A stretch of DNA of 64,000 bases, taken from contig OX597815.1 of assembly GCA_951406725.2 (NCBI GenBank), positions 45,632,001 through 45,696,000 on the forward strand, read 5' to 3'. The stretch's first letter is position 1. Every line of letters starts with the position of its first letter. The DNA is from Octopus vulgaris (Eukaryota). The translations under genes and the position numbers were made by a program. Shown here one piece after another: positions 40,259 through 52,100 of the stretch. The notes under the pieces are model-generated. The model was given only the letters and a program-made list of their open reading frames with translations. It did not search any database and had not been told where the DNA came from.

Positions 40259-41956
40259 CTCCAAGATACTATCTATTAATAATTAGGTGGAATCCACTTA
40301 ATTATGACTTGTATCAAGAAAAAATAAAGGCTCTATTTTCATTATCACAGATGAAAATACATCAGAAGCCATTTAATTTGTAGGTGATAGAGTTAATTAA
40401 ATTGACTATCCTAAATGAATGAAAGAGGAAAAATAAAACGAAGTGGCAGAAACTAAATTCAGAAGATAACCAAATACCAAAGATATTTAATCAGGTACTA
40501 TCACTTTAGGACACAGTCTTTTCAATAAGAACTGGCTGATAACATTATATAGACAATATAACAATATCTGGACCTTTAATTCTATTTTCATCTCCTTTTA
40601 CGTTTATTTTTCCATGCTAGCATGGGTTAAACAAATATACTATTGAAGCTTTGTTTTACAACCAGATGCCCTGGCTGTCACTAACCCTTACTTGTTTTCC
40701 AAGTAAAGGTGCCTTTATATTAAACATCTTTGAAGCTGCAAAATCAGCAAACAATTTACTGACAAGGGAAATAACGACATCACTGCTTGTAGCTCAGCTA
40801 TTTTTGGAGAATTGCAAATGTAAACAAACATACAGACATATACATGTACATCAATCTTACTAGCTTTGAGTGACCAAAGCCTTATGATAGAAATTGATAG
40901 ATGGAAACTGAAAGAAACGGGTTATGTAGGTGTGTGCTTGTGAGCAAGTTTGTTTACATTTGCATCTAATGGTGATACTGTCACCTCTGTCAACAAATTC
41001 TTTGTTTGCTTTGTGCCTTCAAAGTGTGAAATAAGAGATCTCTTACTTGAAAAACAGGTTAGCAACAGGGAGGGCATCCTGGAGTAAAACAAAGCCTCAA
41101 TAATATTTATTTGTGTAACCTATGGTATCATAGAAAATGGACATAAAAACAAATATATATATATTTATATATTTCACATGACAAGTTGCTTTCAGTTTCC
41201 ATTCACCCACATAGTTTTGGTTACTTTGGGGTTCTAGAAGACATTTGCCCAAAGTGCCATGCAGTGGAACTGAACCTGAAACCACATGGTTAGAAAGAAA
41301 ACTTCATTGCCACATAACAATGTCTGTTAAACTGATAATTTTAATTTGTTTTAAATAAAAAGGGATCCTTATTTTGATAATCTGAAGCCATTATATGTAA
41401 TTATAATACAGGCTTTCTCTATATGTATGTTAGCATGTGTATGTGCACACATACATGCGCCAATAGAGCTTATAACATTGACCAACACATAATTAACTCC
41501 ATGTCCAATATCAGCATGATTCTACTACCACCAACCCCAAGCATCTATCATGTCTTCATACTTTGCACACTTTTCTTTTGATCTTCATAATGATTATAGT
41601 TGTTGCGTAGTAATTTACTAGAAAATTTTGAAAACAATATCCAGTAATTTAAATTTAAGTTTCAGATTCATTAATTTGGATAACGTTATCCACGATTACA
41701 AATGGCTTCTTCTGTATTTTTTAACTTTATTAACAGAAGTAATTTTTAACAGAATTTGTTTTGAGTTATATAATTCTGCATATATATTTTGAGTTATATA
41801 AATTTGCATATAGGCTGAATTATACCAATTTATTTGTAGATTGCAATAACATTAATGTTATTTTCTTACCTTAACTTTTTTAAAGTAACGGATGAAGAAA
41901 GAAAAACGTTTTTACTACTCTAGTACATACATCTCAAACATAGGATATACATTGAA

Positions 41957-41990
<34 letters not shown>

Positions 41991-42001
41991 TATATATATA
42001 T

Positions 42002-42475
42002 AGTTATAACAAGGTATTGGCTTTATGCCTCACCACGCACTGTAGAAATAAACGTCAAATGCCCCCATTATCACCTCAAAATCTCCTCATCAAAACTGTA
42101 TTAACTGTGGCCTAGATCTTGACACACTACACATGGGTATAAAAGAAAGATGTGAATTCTACTTTGCAGTATATTTCTACAAGTGGGGATGGATATTGGT
42201 TATGCGATGTCGCAGCTCGCATGCATATTTTGAGATACTTGTAAATTTATGCTATGAAATACTGTCACTGATGAGAGCAGTAGGTAATATTTCTTTACCT
42301 TAAGCTTGAAACAGGATCTTGTACACGGTTAACCGAAAAGTTGTCGATTCATTATTTTTCTTTTGCTCACCTACAATATAGTGTTATTGTCGGAGATTTT
42401 AAGGTGGTAATAGGGCATCTGACGTCTATTTCTACAGTGCGTGGTGAGGCATAAAGCCAATCCCTTGTTATAATT
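42002..42475. mobile_element. Fold-back element with hammerhead motif (family HH-D)
   Basis: Arms at about 42003-42085 and 42392-42472 are reverse complements; flanked by (TA)n. Confidence 0.75.
42261..42329 (+). ncRNA. Type-I hammerhead ribozyme motif
   Basis: actgtca CTGATGA gagc..aggtaa/ttacct..gctt GAAAC aggatctt GTA cacggt; near-palindromic stem III ACAGGATCTTGT. Confidence 0.7.
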
Positions 42476-42514
42476 ATGTATATAATTATAAAATATTTTA
42501 TATATATATAGTAG

Positions 42515-42668
42515 ATAAGGCAATTAAGGATATGAAGACAGGGAAAGCCCCCAGAGCCATCAGGAATCACTGCCAAGACAATTAAAATTTCCGGTGATGT
42601 AGGATACAGCTTAGTCACCCATATAGGTAATCAGGTTATTCAGGAAGGCACCATCCCCAATGAATGAT

Positions 42669-42699
<31 letters not shown>

Positions 42700-43130
42700 A
42701 GTTAGCTGCTACAAGGGTAAAGGTGATGCCTTAGATAGAAACAAGTACAGAGGCATTAAATTGCTAGACCAAGTCATGAAAGTTACTGAGAGAGTTATAC
42801 CTCAATTGGTTAGAAATAGAATTAAACTAGATAAGATGCAATTTGGTTTTGTACCTGGGAAAAGTGCCACAGATGCCATCTTCCTAGTGAGACAACTGCA
42901 GGAAAAGTACTAGGCCAAAAGCAAGCCATTGTACTTAGCCTTTGTCAACTTGGAGAAAGTTTTCAACAGGGTTCCCCACTCTGTTATATGATGGTCTTTA
43001 AGGAAGTTAGGAGCAGAGGAGTGGCTTGTTAGAGCTGTACAAGCTATGTACAGTGGTGCTGTCAAAAGGGTGTGGCTCAGTTCTCAGCTCACTCTTATTC
43101 ATTATAGTCCTCCAGGCCCCTCTCAAAACA
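42515..43130 (+). pseudogene. RTE-clade LINE reverse-transcriptase fragment
   Basis: GKAPEPSGI, YKGKGDALDRNKYRGIKLL, MQFGFVPGKS and QLQEKY..LYLAFVNLEK; carries an internal (AGT)n expansion. Confidence 0.9.
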
Positions 43131-43460
43131 GATTTTTTTTGTCTTGCAAGTACTTAATGACCCTGTCAATGCAGGTGCCACTTAAAAGCACCCAGTCCAC
43201 ACTGTAAAGGGTGTTGGCATTTGGAAGGGAATCCAGCTGTAAAAAGCTTGCCAAAACTGGCCTCACCTGTGCTTGTGCCACGTAAAAAGCACAAACTCCA
43301 CTCTGCTGAGTGGTTGGCTATAGGAAGGGCATCAAGCTGTAAAAATCCTGCCAAAACAGTTACAGAAGTCTGGTGCAGGCTTCTGCCTGGCCGGCTCTTG
43401 GCAAACTGTCCCACCATGCCAGCATGGAAGGTGGATGCTAAACGAAGAGGATAATGATAT

Positions 43461-43599
43461 ATATATGGATCAAAAAAGTTTGATTCAGATCCTTGGTACT
43501 CTAAGTTTCAAACACAAGGCTAGCCTTCAGCCATTGGAGAGTGTTGCTTGACACTCAGAGTACCAAGGGTTCTGAATCAAACTGTTTTGATCTATACAT
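43461..43599. repeat. Fold-back with degenerate hammerhead remnants
   Basis: About 50-bp inverted arms; the minus strand reads tgg CTGAAGG...GAAAC ttaga GTA cca, with stem II poorly paired. Confidence 0.5.
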
Positions 43600-45440
43600 G
43601 TAACTCCCAATAAATGTGTTGAATGCCTTCTTTCATTTGTCTACTCACTCGTGTATAAATATATATAAAAACACATTTTACAATAAAGTTGTTTAATAGA
43701 TTTGGATGTAAATTTTCATAAAATTATTTAAAAACTTATTGACAATTTATGAAATATTACTTTCTCTCTTACACACAAATTATTTTACCTGTGGGTGCAC
43801 AAGGCAATAATCAGTAGCAAGAGATTGACTTGACCAAAATAATATATATATATTGCAATTCAGAAACTGTTAAATAGGAGAGTCTGTGGCATGTCATATA
43901 AGTTTAATTGCCATGTGGCAATTAAACTTTGTGACATTTCACAAACTCTCTAATTTATTGTTGCTGATACAGACTTTCACCAGTTTTTTTGGATTCTGGA
44001 ATTTACACTTGGTTAAACAGGTTTACATAATTATCATTTTGCAAACTTATCCTATTGTTAGCTTTCCCAAACCTATTAATCTGATTTGACTTGTTGCAAA
44101 GGTTCAAAAAGACCCAATTCCTTGGGTTGAAATGTGAATGAACATAAACAAAAACATTTGACCATAAAAGCCATAGAAAAAGGATGAAGCCAATGTTACA
44201 AGTAACCTTAAACTTGTGTAAAGGTAGATAGATGGGTTTTTCTGTTACTATTATTAAATTCATCTGACATATTTAATATATATCTATAGAAATAACTAGT
44301 TATTAGTCATTTATGGCTGATTTATGTTGATACCAACTTTCCAAATCACCATTACAATGTAGTAATTAATAATCATCATCATCATCCTTAAATATTTACT
44401 TCTGAAGAGGTAAATTTACCTTATGAATTTTTTTATAATTATTTTTCTTGAGTGATAGAACTTTTAAGATTAGTTACCTGGTGTCCATTACATTCCACAT
44501 GAATGGGATGTCAGTTCATTACAAGGTCCAAAGCCAGCAATTCTGATGGGAGGGGAGAAGTTGAATACATCAACCCTAGTACTTGACTAATACTTAATTT
44601 TATTGACCCGAAGGCTTGAAAAGTAAAGCTGACCTCAACAGGATTTGAACTCAGAACATCAAGAATCAAAAGAAATGCTATTAAGTATTTTGTCTGATGT
44701 GCTAACAATTCTGCCATATATCTCATGCAGTAGCTTACACAAATATTCTGGTTAGCATTTAAAACAGGTGCAGGTCACAAATTTCAATGATTTTCCAAGC
44801 TCAGCATTTAAAAATGATTACACATTGCAAGGAGTGTTTATAAGTGGTAAGTAATGCACAACTGATTGGCTCTTTACACACCTCACTATGTTCTGTTATT
44901 TAATTGTAACCCTCAAACAAAAAATCAGTTATGGTAAATAAAGTTATATCAAAATCATTATCAAAATTCATGTTTTAAAATTTTAAATAGAAATATTTGG
45001 TGAGTTATAAACCCAAGATATCTGCAAATAATGTAGACAAAAGAATATAATTTATAAAATACAAAGCAAATTTATTTAAATTCCTATCTAATCATTTTGA
45101 CATGTTAATCTTGTTAAACTTCTGAAAATAAAAAGAGAAAACTAGGTCTGTCCAAAGAAAAATCTATGTCTTACATGAATATAGTGTAGATTTCAGAGCA
45201 TATAACGTGAACATTGAAATAATTGTACAGGGTATGTTCAACTATGATAATCTATATCAGCATGGTATCAAAATTTTCAAGTGTGAAAAATTCCCTAAAT
45301 GTTTTAACTTTGTTCCAGTACCCATTAACAATGTGAAATTGAGATCTTTTATCTTATATTTTTTACATGTTTCATTCGTTAGACTGCAGCCATGCTGGAA
45401 CACTGTCTTGTAGAATTTTTTAGTTGAATGAAATGACCCC

Positions 45441-45849
45441 ACTCTTACTCTTTACTCTTTTACTTGTTTCAGTCATTTGACTGCGGCCATGCTGGAGCAC
45501 CGCCTTTAATTGAGCAACTCGACCCCGGGACTTATTCTTTTGTAAGCCCAGTACTTATTCTATCGGTCTCCTTTGCCGAACCGCTAAGTAACGGGGACAT
45601 AAACACACCAGCATCGGTTGTCAAGCAATGCTAGGGGACAAACACAGACACACAAACACGCACATACACATATATATATATACATATATACGACGGGCTT
45701 CTTTCAGTTTCCGTCTACCAAATCCACTCACAAGGCTTTGATCGGCCCGAGGCTATAGTAGAAGACACTTGCCCAAGGTGCCACGCAGTGGGACTGAACC
45801 CGGAACCATGCGGTTGGTAAACAAGCTACTTACCACACAGCCACTCCTG
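45441..45849 (-). mobile_element. Young SINE S1 nested in an older S1 copy (about 45365-46098)
   Basis: CpG-intact copy; the host copy continues on both sides. Confidence 0.9.
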
Positions 45850-46269
45850 ACTTACTTTTTTTTAAAACTTGGTACTTATTCTATCGGTCTCTTTTGCTGA
45901 ACTGCTATTATGAGAATGTAAACACACCAACACACACACACAACAAGCTTCTTTCAGTTTCCACCCACCAAATCCACTCTCAAGGATTTGGTCAGCCCAA
46001 GGCTATAGTAGAAGATACTTGTCCAAGGTGCCATGCAGTGAAACTGAACCTGGAACCATGTAATTGGGAAGCAAGCTTCTTACCACACAGCCACACTGTA
46101 GAATAAAAGAAAACAAAGCTTTGCTTATAGTACTCAAAATCCAATGCCTTATCAGTTTAAACTATTTAGTTTCTTTGAAAGTATACCAGCCTAGTGAACC
46201 CTATTAGTTATCAGTTTAGCCATGATTTAATCTTATCAATCAATCTTAAGAGCACTTGGTCTTAAATAC

Positions 46270-46690
46270 TTATTTACCAATGCAGAACAGTGATGTTTTC
46301 TTCTGTTAGAGGGGAAATTAGGTTCTCCACAAGTCGGTAAAAGCATTTCGTTTTTCTGTTTATCTTTAAGCTCAACTGTTGTGCAACTCTGGCAAAGTTA
46401 TCTACCAGTTTCAGTATATCTTCAGTATTGTAGGCAACCAGTGCACTATCATCAATGAACAGTGTCTCCTGCACTAGGACCCTCATAGTGCACGTCTCAG
46501 CTTTGTACTGTACAGCATTTAACAGATCAGCATCAGCTACATATGTTTAGCGCTGTGGGCAACCAGTACACTATCATCAGCAAACAGCATCTCCTGCATT
46601 AGGACCCTTGTAGTGCTTGTCTTGGCTTTATACTGTACAGCATTAAACAGATCAGCATCATACAGCATCTGGATGTAAATCCCCCTTGAA
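46270..46690 (-). pseudogene. LINE (RTE-like) RT fragment with local tandem duplication
   Basis: LFIDDSALVA..LVDNFARVAQQLSLKINRKTK; about 100 bp duplicated (46435-46540 / 46560-46660). Confidence 0.75.
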
Positions 46691-49039
46691 TAAAAATTAT
46701 GTATTTCATAATTAGAAATATGTTTCTCATACTTTTAAGAGAGAAAAACTTAGCACTTTCACTCAACAGGTTTCATTGGGAGGGTAAACAAAATATGTAA
46801 CTAGTTGCTAAGGCCAAGTGCAAGCACTGCTATGCAATTTGGTGAAAAACTATGAAGATCTTAGTGAACTGAACAACCCTCATTTCATTTTCATATAAGA
46901 CCAATTCCTTTCAGATACATTTCTAATGTTTTGGAGAAAAGGAAGGCATGAATATCATGACTTCTTATACTTTTTCTTAGATGTTAAGTTTCAATTAATT
47001 ATTACATCAATTTCATAAGAAACAAGGCTGGGAAGTTAATATGCTAGATTACATTAATTTAAACTTTGCTAACAGTTATTGGAAACTTGCTAAATTAGGC
47101 ATATTACTATTTACTTCATTCTGGTCAATGGCAAATTTCACTTCTATAGCTGAGTAGGTAGTGGAATAGCATGCAGTTTATAAACACTTGCACCAAAAGC
47201 TATTCCACTTGTGCTAGCATGAAAAACAAAGTTATTATAACAAAACAACAGAAAAACACTTTGGACAATAAAAACTGCTTCGATTTAATTGGAATTATAT
47301 ATTTCGAGAGATATGAATACTAGGATTGAGACATGAGTACTAAGATTTCCATTTCCTCACACTGAAAACTTTTTCGCAAAATAATATTTATATGCCTCCT
47401 TTCGTTTCCTTGTCAACAGACAATTAAAAAAATAATTGATTCCCGTCCCTTACTTTTTTAGATACTATTCATAGTAATATATTGTTTCAAAATTCATAGT
47501 ATTATTTGAAGGAAAACATTTAACTTATTGTAAATGTTGGGAATAAAATTTTTTTCTAGTATTAAAAGTATTAACGGTTTGGCAAAAAGATATCGATAGA
47601 GTAAGTACTATGCTTAGGAAATAAGTCGTAGGGTCGATTTGTTCGACTAAAAAAACCCTCCAACGCGGTGCTCCAGTCAAATGACTGAAACAAGTAAAAG
47701 AATCAACTATTTATTCAATACTTTAAGAATTAGCAAGTTCTGAAAATTCAAATATTTGCATAAATCATAAAAAGCAGTTGTTTTTTAATATTAATCCTTC
47801 AAATGCAATGTAGTAGCGATAGCTATTTTTCAGCTGTGTAAAAGTATTTTGCACAAGAGTAACCGTGTCAGGGCAGGACTAGTAGAGTAAACAATATTTA
47901 CTCGTGCTCATTGAAATCTCAACACAATATAGTTTGCCCTTTTAACCCCGGAAAGGGTCAGAGTACGAATAATGTGAGATCATTCAACCGAGTCCATCAG
48001 TCCATCCCTTTACAAAAATTAGTCTTGTACCAAAACAAATTTGTCAATATCTCTGTTTGCATTCACTTAAAAAGGACTTTAATGTACATTTAGCTAAATA
48101 TTTGAAATGAAATTTTTTTCTTTACGTGAGCCTTTTATTCCAGGGTGAGCGCAAAGAAAGGGAAGTTATATAGTTTGCGTTACCGGAGGAGTATTTTAGT
48201 GAAGTGAAAATAGTTCCAAGAGAGTATCAAAAGCGTAGTTCTTACACAGGCATGGAATTAAACATGTTTGGGAAGCTACGTTGATGAAATGGCTCTAATT
48301 CAATCCTACCATACTTCCAACGTAGAAGAATGGACGTAAAATGGCGATGAACTGTTACAATGTTGCAAGTAGAAAACCATGTAAAATGTATTATGTGCCG
48401 CCGAACGAAAATGTGAAGAAACAAAAAAAGGTAGTTGTTTCACACAACAAAACTACTTTAGAAAATCCAAGTGTGCAATGAAATAAATAATTCCTAGCGT
48501 TGTTCAAAAGCAGTGAGATTATATTATTATCGTATACAATGTTTATGTTCACAACATATAGGCTATCATTGTCTCGACTCTGCTAAATATATAAAACCTC
48601 TTAGTGAAAATACACAAAACATAAACGAGAAATTATGTATGGGAAATCAACATATTAATAGGATCACGTATTTTGTACATTTGTCAACATTTTGTTTTAA
48701 TCAAGACATTCCGATGCCGTTTACCTGCTTAGAATAAGATGGAATTCATCAACCATTTTTGAATCGCTTTTAAAGTTCAGCCCCTGCAAGGCCGAATGAA
48801 TAAGAATGTTGCTAATAAGAATCCTTGGATTCAATCTAAGCTCAAGAATGTAGTTCAAAGCTACACTCAGTGCTTCAAGTGCTATATAGAGCGCACATAC
48901 AGTACTTTTGTGTGTTAAAATATTAGGAAATCATATCGTAAAAATTAAGTCTAAAATTAAAATAAAACGGTTGACACTACAATTTGGACAGCTAAATCAT
49001 TAACGATAATTATGTGTATAGTTATATTTATAAATGTGA

Positions 49040-49087
<48 letters not shown>

Positions 49088-49094
49088 GTGTGTG

Positions 49095-49521
49095 TGTTGA
49101 CAAGAAAGGGACTCTTTCTTCGTGTGTACGAGGTGCGATATTGCTTGGTATTGCGAAGGCTGGAACATAAAGAAACGAACCTGATCCACTGGATCTAATG
49201 TTAGAGTACATCTATGACCGAGCACAAATGAACTAATAGAAAAACTGGGTATAAAGGGAATCGGATGTAATACGCAAAAGTGAGGACTGTACTGGTTCGG
49301 ACATATACGTATGGAAGATAACAGTTGACTTAAGAAGTGTCTAGCGACCGAAAAGGAAGGGGACTGCAAATGAGGGGAGTAACGGGAGTAAATATGGGCA
49401 GGAGTAGTGAAAGCAGATCTCAGGATGTTGAACCTTACAAAGATGATTAGAAACCTCGACTGGCAGAAAGAGACCGGCCAACTCATGCAAGCGTGGAAAA
49501 CGGACGTAAAATGATGATGAC
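49095..49521 (+). mobile_element. RTE LINE 3' end
   Basis: Degenerate LYWFGH..RMED region and tail catgcaagcgtggaaaacggacgtaaaatgatgatga. Confidence 0.65.
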
Positions 49522-50274
49522 ATAATGAGGTCGCCAAAAGTGATCGGGGAATATATATAGAAATGTAATTATAAGTACCATAATTAGGTCGCTCAGTTTC
49601 TGCTTCCTATTTCAGAAAATCTTAATTCTGATCGGAGATATTGAAGTAGGAGAGAGTGAAGGTAGATAGTCGCAAAAATAAAATTTTAATGAAACTGTGT
49701 CTATTGTAAATACGAAACTGAAACACTGCTGTTTTTTTTTTTTAATCATGAGCTAGAACGGTACAACTTGACGCAAGTAGTTTATTGATAAACAAAATGT
49801 AAATTAATAAAGGTATGTAGTAGAGATTCAAGCATCCAATTAGAGAGACTTTAGTTGAAATAACCACTTTGGTTTTTAATGCCGTTTTGAAAATTAGAGA
49901 AAAACAAAATGGTGATTATTATTATTATTATTACCGTATAAATCAAAAAATTACAGAGTATTAATAAACCATAGAAGCAAAAGTAAACCAAGTTTTTTTT
50001 TTTGCATATTTGCAAAATTAAGTACAAACAAATGCGCACAACAGAAAAAAGGAGGGGGTCTCAAGAATCAGTTGTTTAAAGTATTTCTTCGTTTACAACA
50101 AATGATTATATTTTAAAAGGGTTCAAATTACTCAATATTTAATATATATATATCTCTATATATATATATTGTAAAAACGTTCTGCTAATTTGTTTAAATT
50201 AAATATCATTCATTGACTATATACAAATTGATCTTATTTAATGAAGCTGATTTTTTTTTAAATACGAAACTCAC

Positions 50275-50432
50275 TCATATTTTTAAGAAAATTCAAATTA
50301 CAAGACTGAAATCTTAACAGATCCATTAATATGCTTATCATACGCTCGAACAGACAATAGATCCTAACAGATCAATGTTATTGATTTTTAATATGGAATG
50401 AATTTTCTTGTCAAAATTTACATCGTAAAATT
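50275..50432 (-). other. Candidate 5' UTR exon of UBE2S
   Basis: Acceptor ttcttgttttatag and donor gtgagt inside the CpG-retaining region. Confidence 0.4.
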
Positions 50433-51732
50433 CTATAAAACAAGAACATGAAGCAGTTTTCTGCATCGGATAGCTCCTCTAACCAAATAATGAAACAATC
50501 CGAGTTATTTCCTATTTAAATATTACATACACAAAAAGCCTAATTAATTTGCTTTGAGGTAGATATTTAATAAAAAGAAAAAAATGTTTAAATACACCAG
50601 GTAAAACATTAAATTAATTATATCATTTTTTTTTAAATATTATACAACACAGGGTTTGTAGGACAAACACTGTGACAAGCTGATGGCTATATTATTATGT
50701 TCAGCTGTCCAACAATAACAAAACCGAGAGCTATCTCACAAAGGATCAATTTTTTTAAAAATTTATATTTAAATAATGGATATATAATATAGATAAACCT
50801 AAACCACTACATGTATATTTTCTATTAAAATAATTTTTAAAAATTCAACATTAATTCAACATGTTTTATTTTTAAATTTCCAACGGAAAACGATATTAAA
50901 TGAAATCTGTAACAACGAAAAAGCGCTTTTAAGTTTGCGCTTCGGATTTCATGCAAGCAGAAATCCTTATTACCAGCCGGATTAGAAGAGTAAATAAGGG
51001 ATAATTGAACTACAAATAAATCAAACCATTGGAAGAAACGATCTATAAATGGATCAGTATATACTAAGATATTGTGTGAAATTATATAAGTCTGTGTAAA
51101 GGATCGACCAGTTGTAAAAGTGTTAGTTAATAAGTGAACCCCCATTTTATAGTCACATATACTTATAACAATAGTAGCAAATAGAATTTTAAGAATTGAA
51201 ACGAGATATATATGCATATATATTGAATAAATGTAAAGAATTGTAATGGACGTCGCTAGAATATATGAAAATTAGCGAAAGAAAAAGGTTTGCTACAACA
51301 GGGAAGCCGGGGAAAAAATCGAAGCACTGAGACGATAGCCAAGTAGTGAACGGGAGCCATGATAATAAGTAGGATACGATTTCTTTACTTTTGAGAAACT
51401 ATCCATTATTAAGAGCTTAAAGAAATAAATGAACCTACGTGAAATCAATAACAGATAGTAGTAAATACAAATAAAACAAGTACTCTTACAGCGATGCAAT
51501 TTAAACAAAGTTTCAATGAATCGTTGTATTTGTGTATTTCTAGTAGTGAAAATTTGACAACAGGAATAAATCTAGATAAGGGCCACAAACTCAGGGATCA
51601 AATTATCATCACTTTACTATAACAGTGCGATCCCCCAATTTAGAATCAAAATGAACGTAGTGTTACTAATAGAGTCAATGTTTTAAGTTTCTTCTTGTGT
51701 TTATTTTAATTTTGGGGAAATTCTCTACTTAC

Positions 51733-51850
51733 AGTCTTTTTTTTTTCTTCTCACGTTAAACCAGGTAGTAACCGATGAACGTGCGATGCCTTATTAGAAA
51801 TTTCAAATAAGACAAACCGAACAGCTGCGCTTCAGAATCGGTAAGATTTA
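51733..51850 (-). other. Candidate non-coding first exon of UBE2S (5' limit approximate)
   Basis: Donor ACT|gtaagt at 51732-51727, CpG-rich, no ATG, next to a CCAAT box. Confidence 0.5.
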
Positions 51851-52100
51851 GAAAAATAACGTATTTCAATTTTTCGAAGGCAACCAATCAGATCACGGCT
51901 TAGGCATATCTGTCGTCTGCATAAAAGAAAAAACATGAATAGTTTTATAAATAAAAAATTATTTTCCACAGAAGAAATTGCCATGAAATTCAAATTAAAA
52001 GCTAAAACAATGGTTTGAACATAAAAATAAAATAATAAAAATATAATTATTCCTTCGGGCGAAGCTCGTCGTTAGACAGTTACAATGGCGGCTTTGACGA
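51850..52100. promoter_or_regulatory. Probable bidirectional core promoter
   Basis: NF-Y-type AACCAATCAG at 51882-51891 and YY1-type CAATGGCGGC at 52083-52092, with splice donors pointing outward on both strands. Lies within the CpG-retaining island. Confidence 0.55.

Noticed and set aside
51802-52018. CHR-like TTTGAA/TTCAAA cell-cycle elements near the promoter
   Set aside because: Plausible for a mitotic gene, but such hexamers are frequent by chance in DNA this AT-rich.
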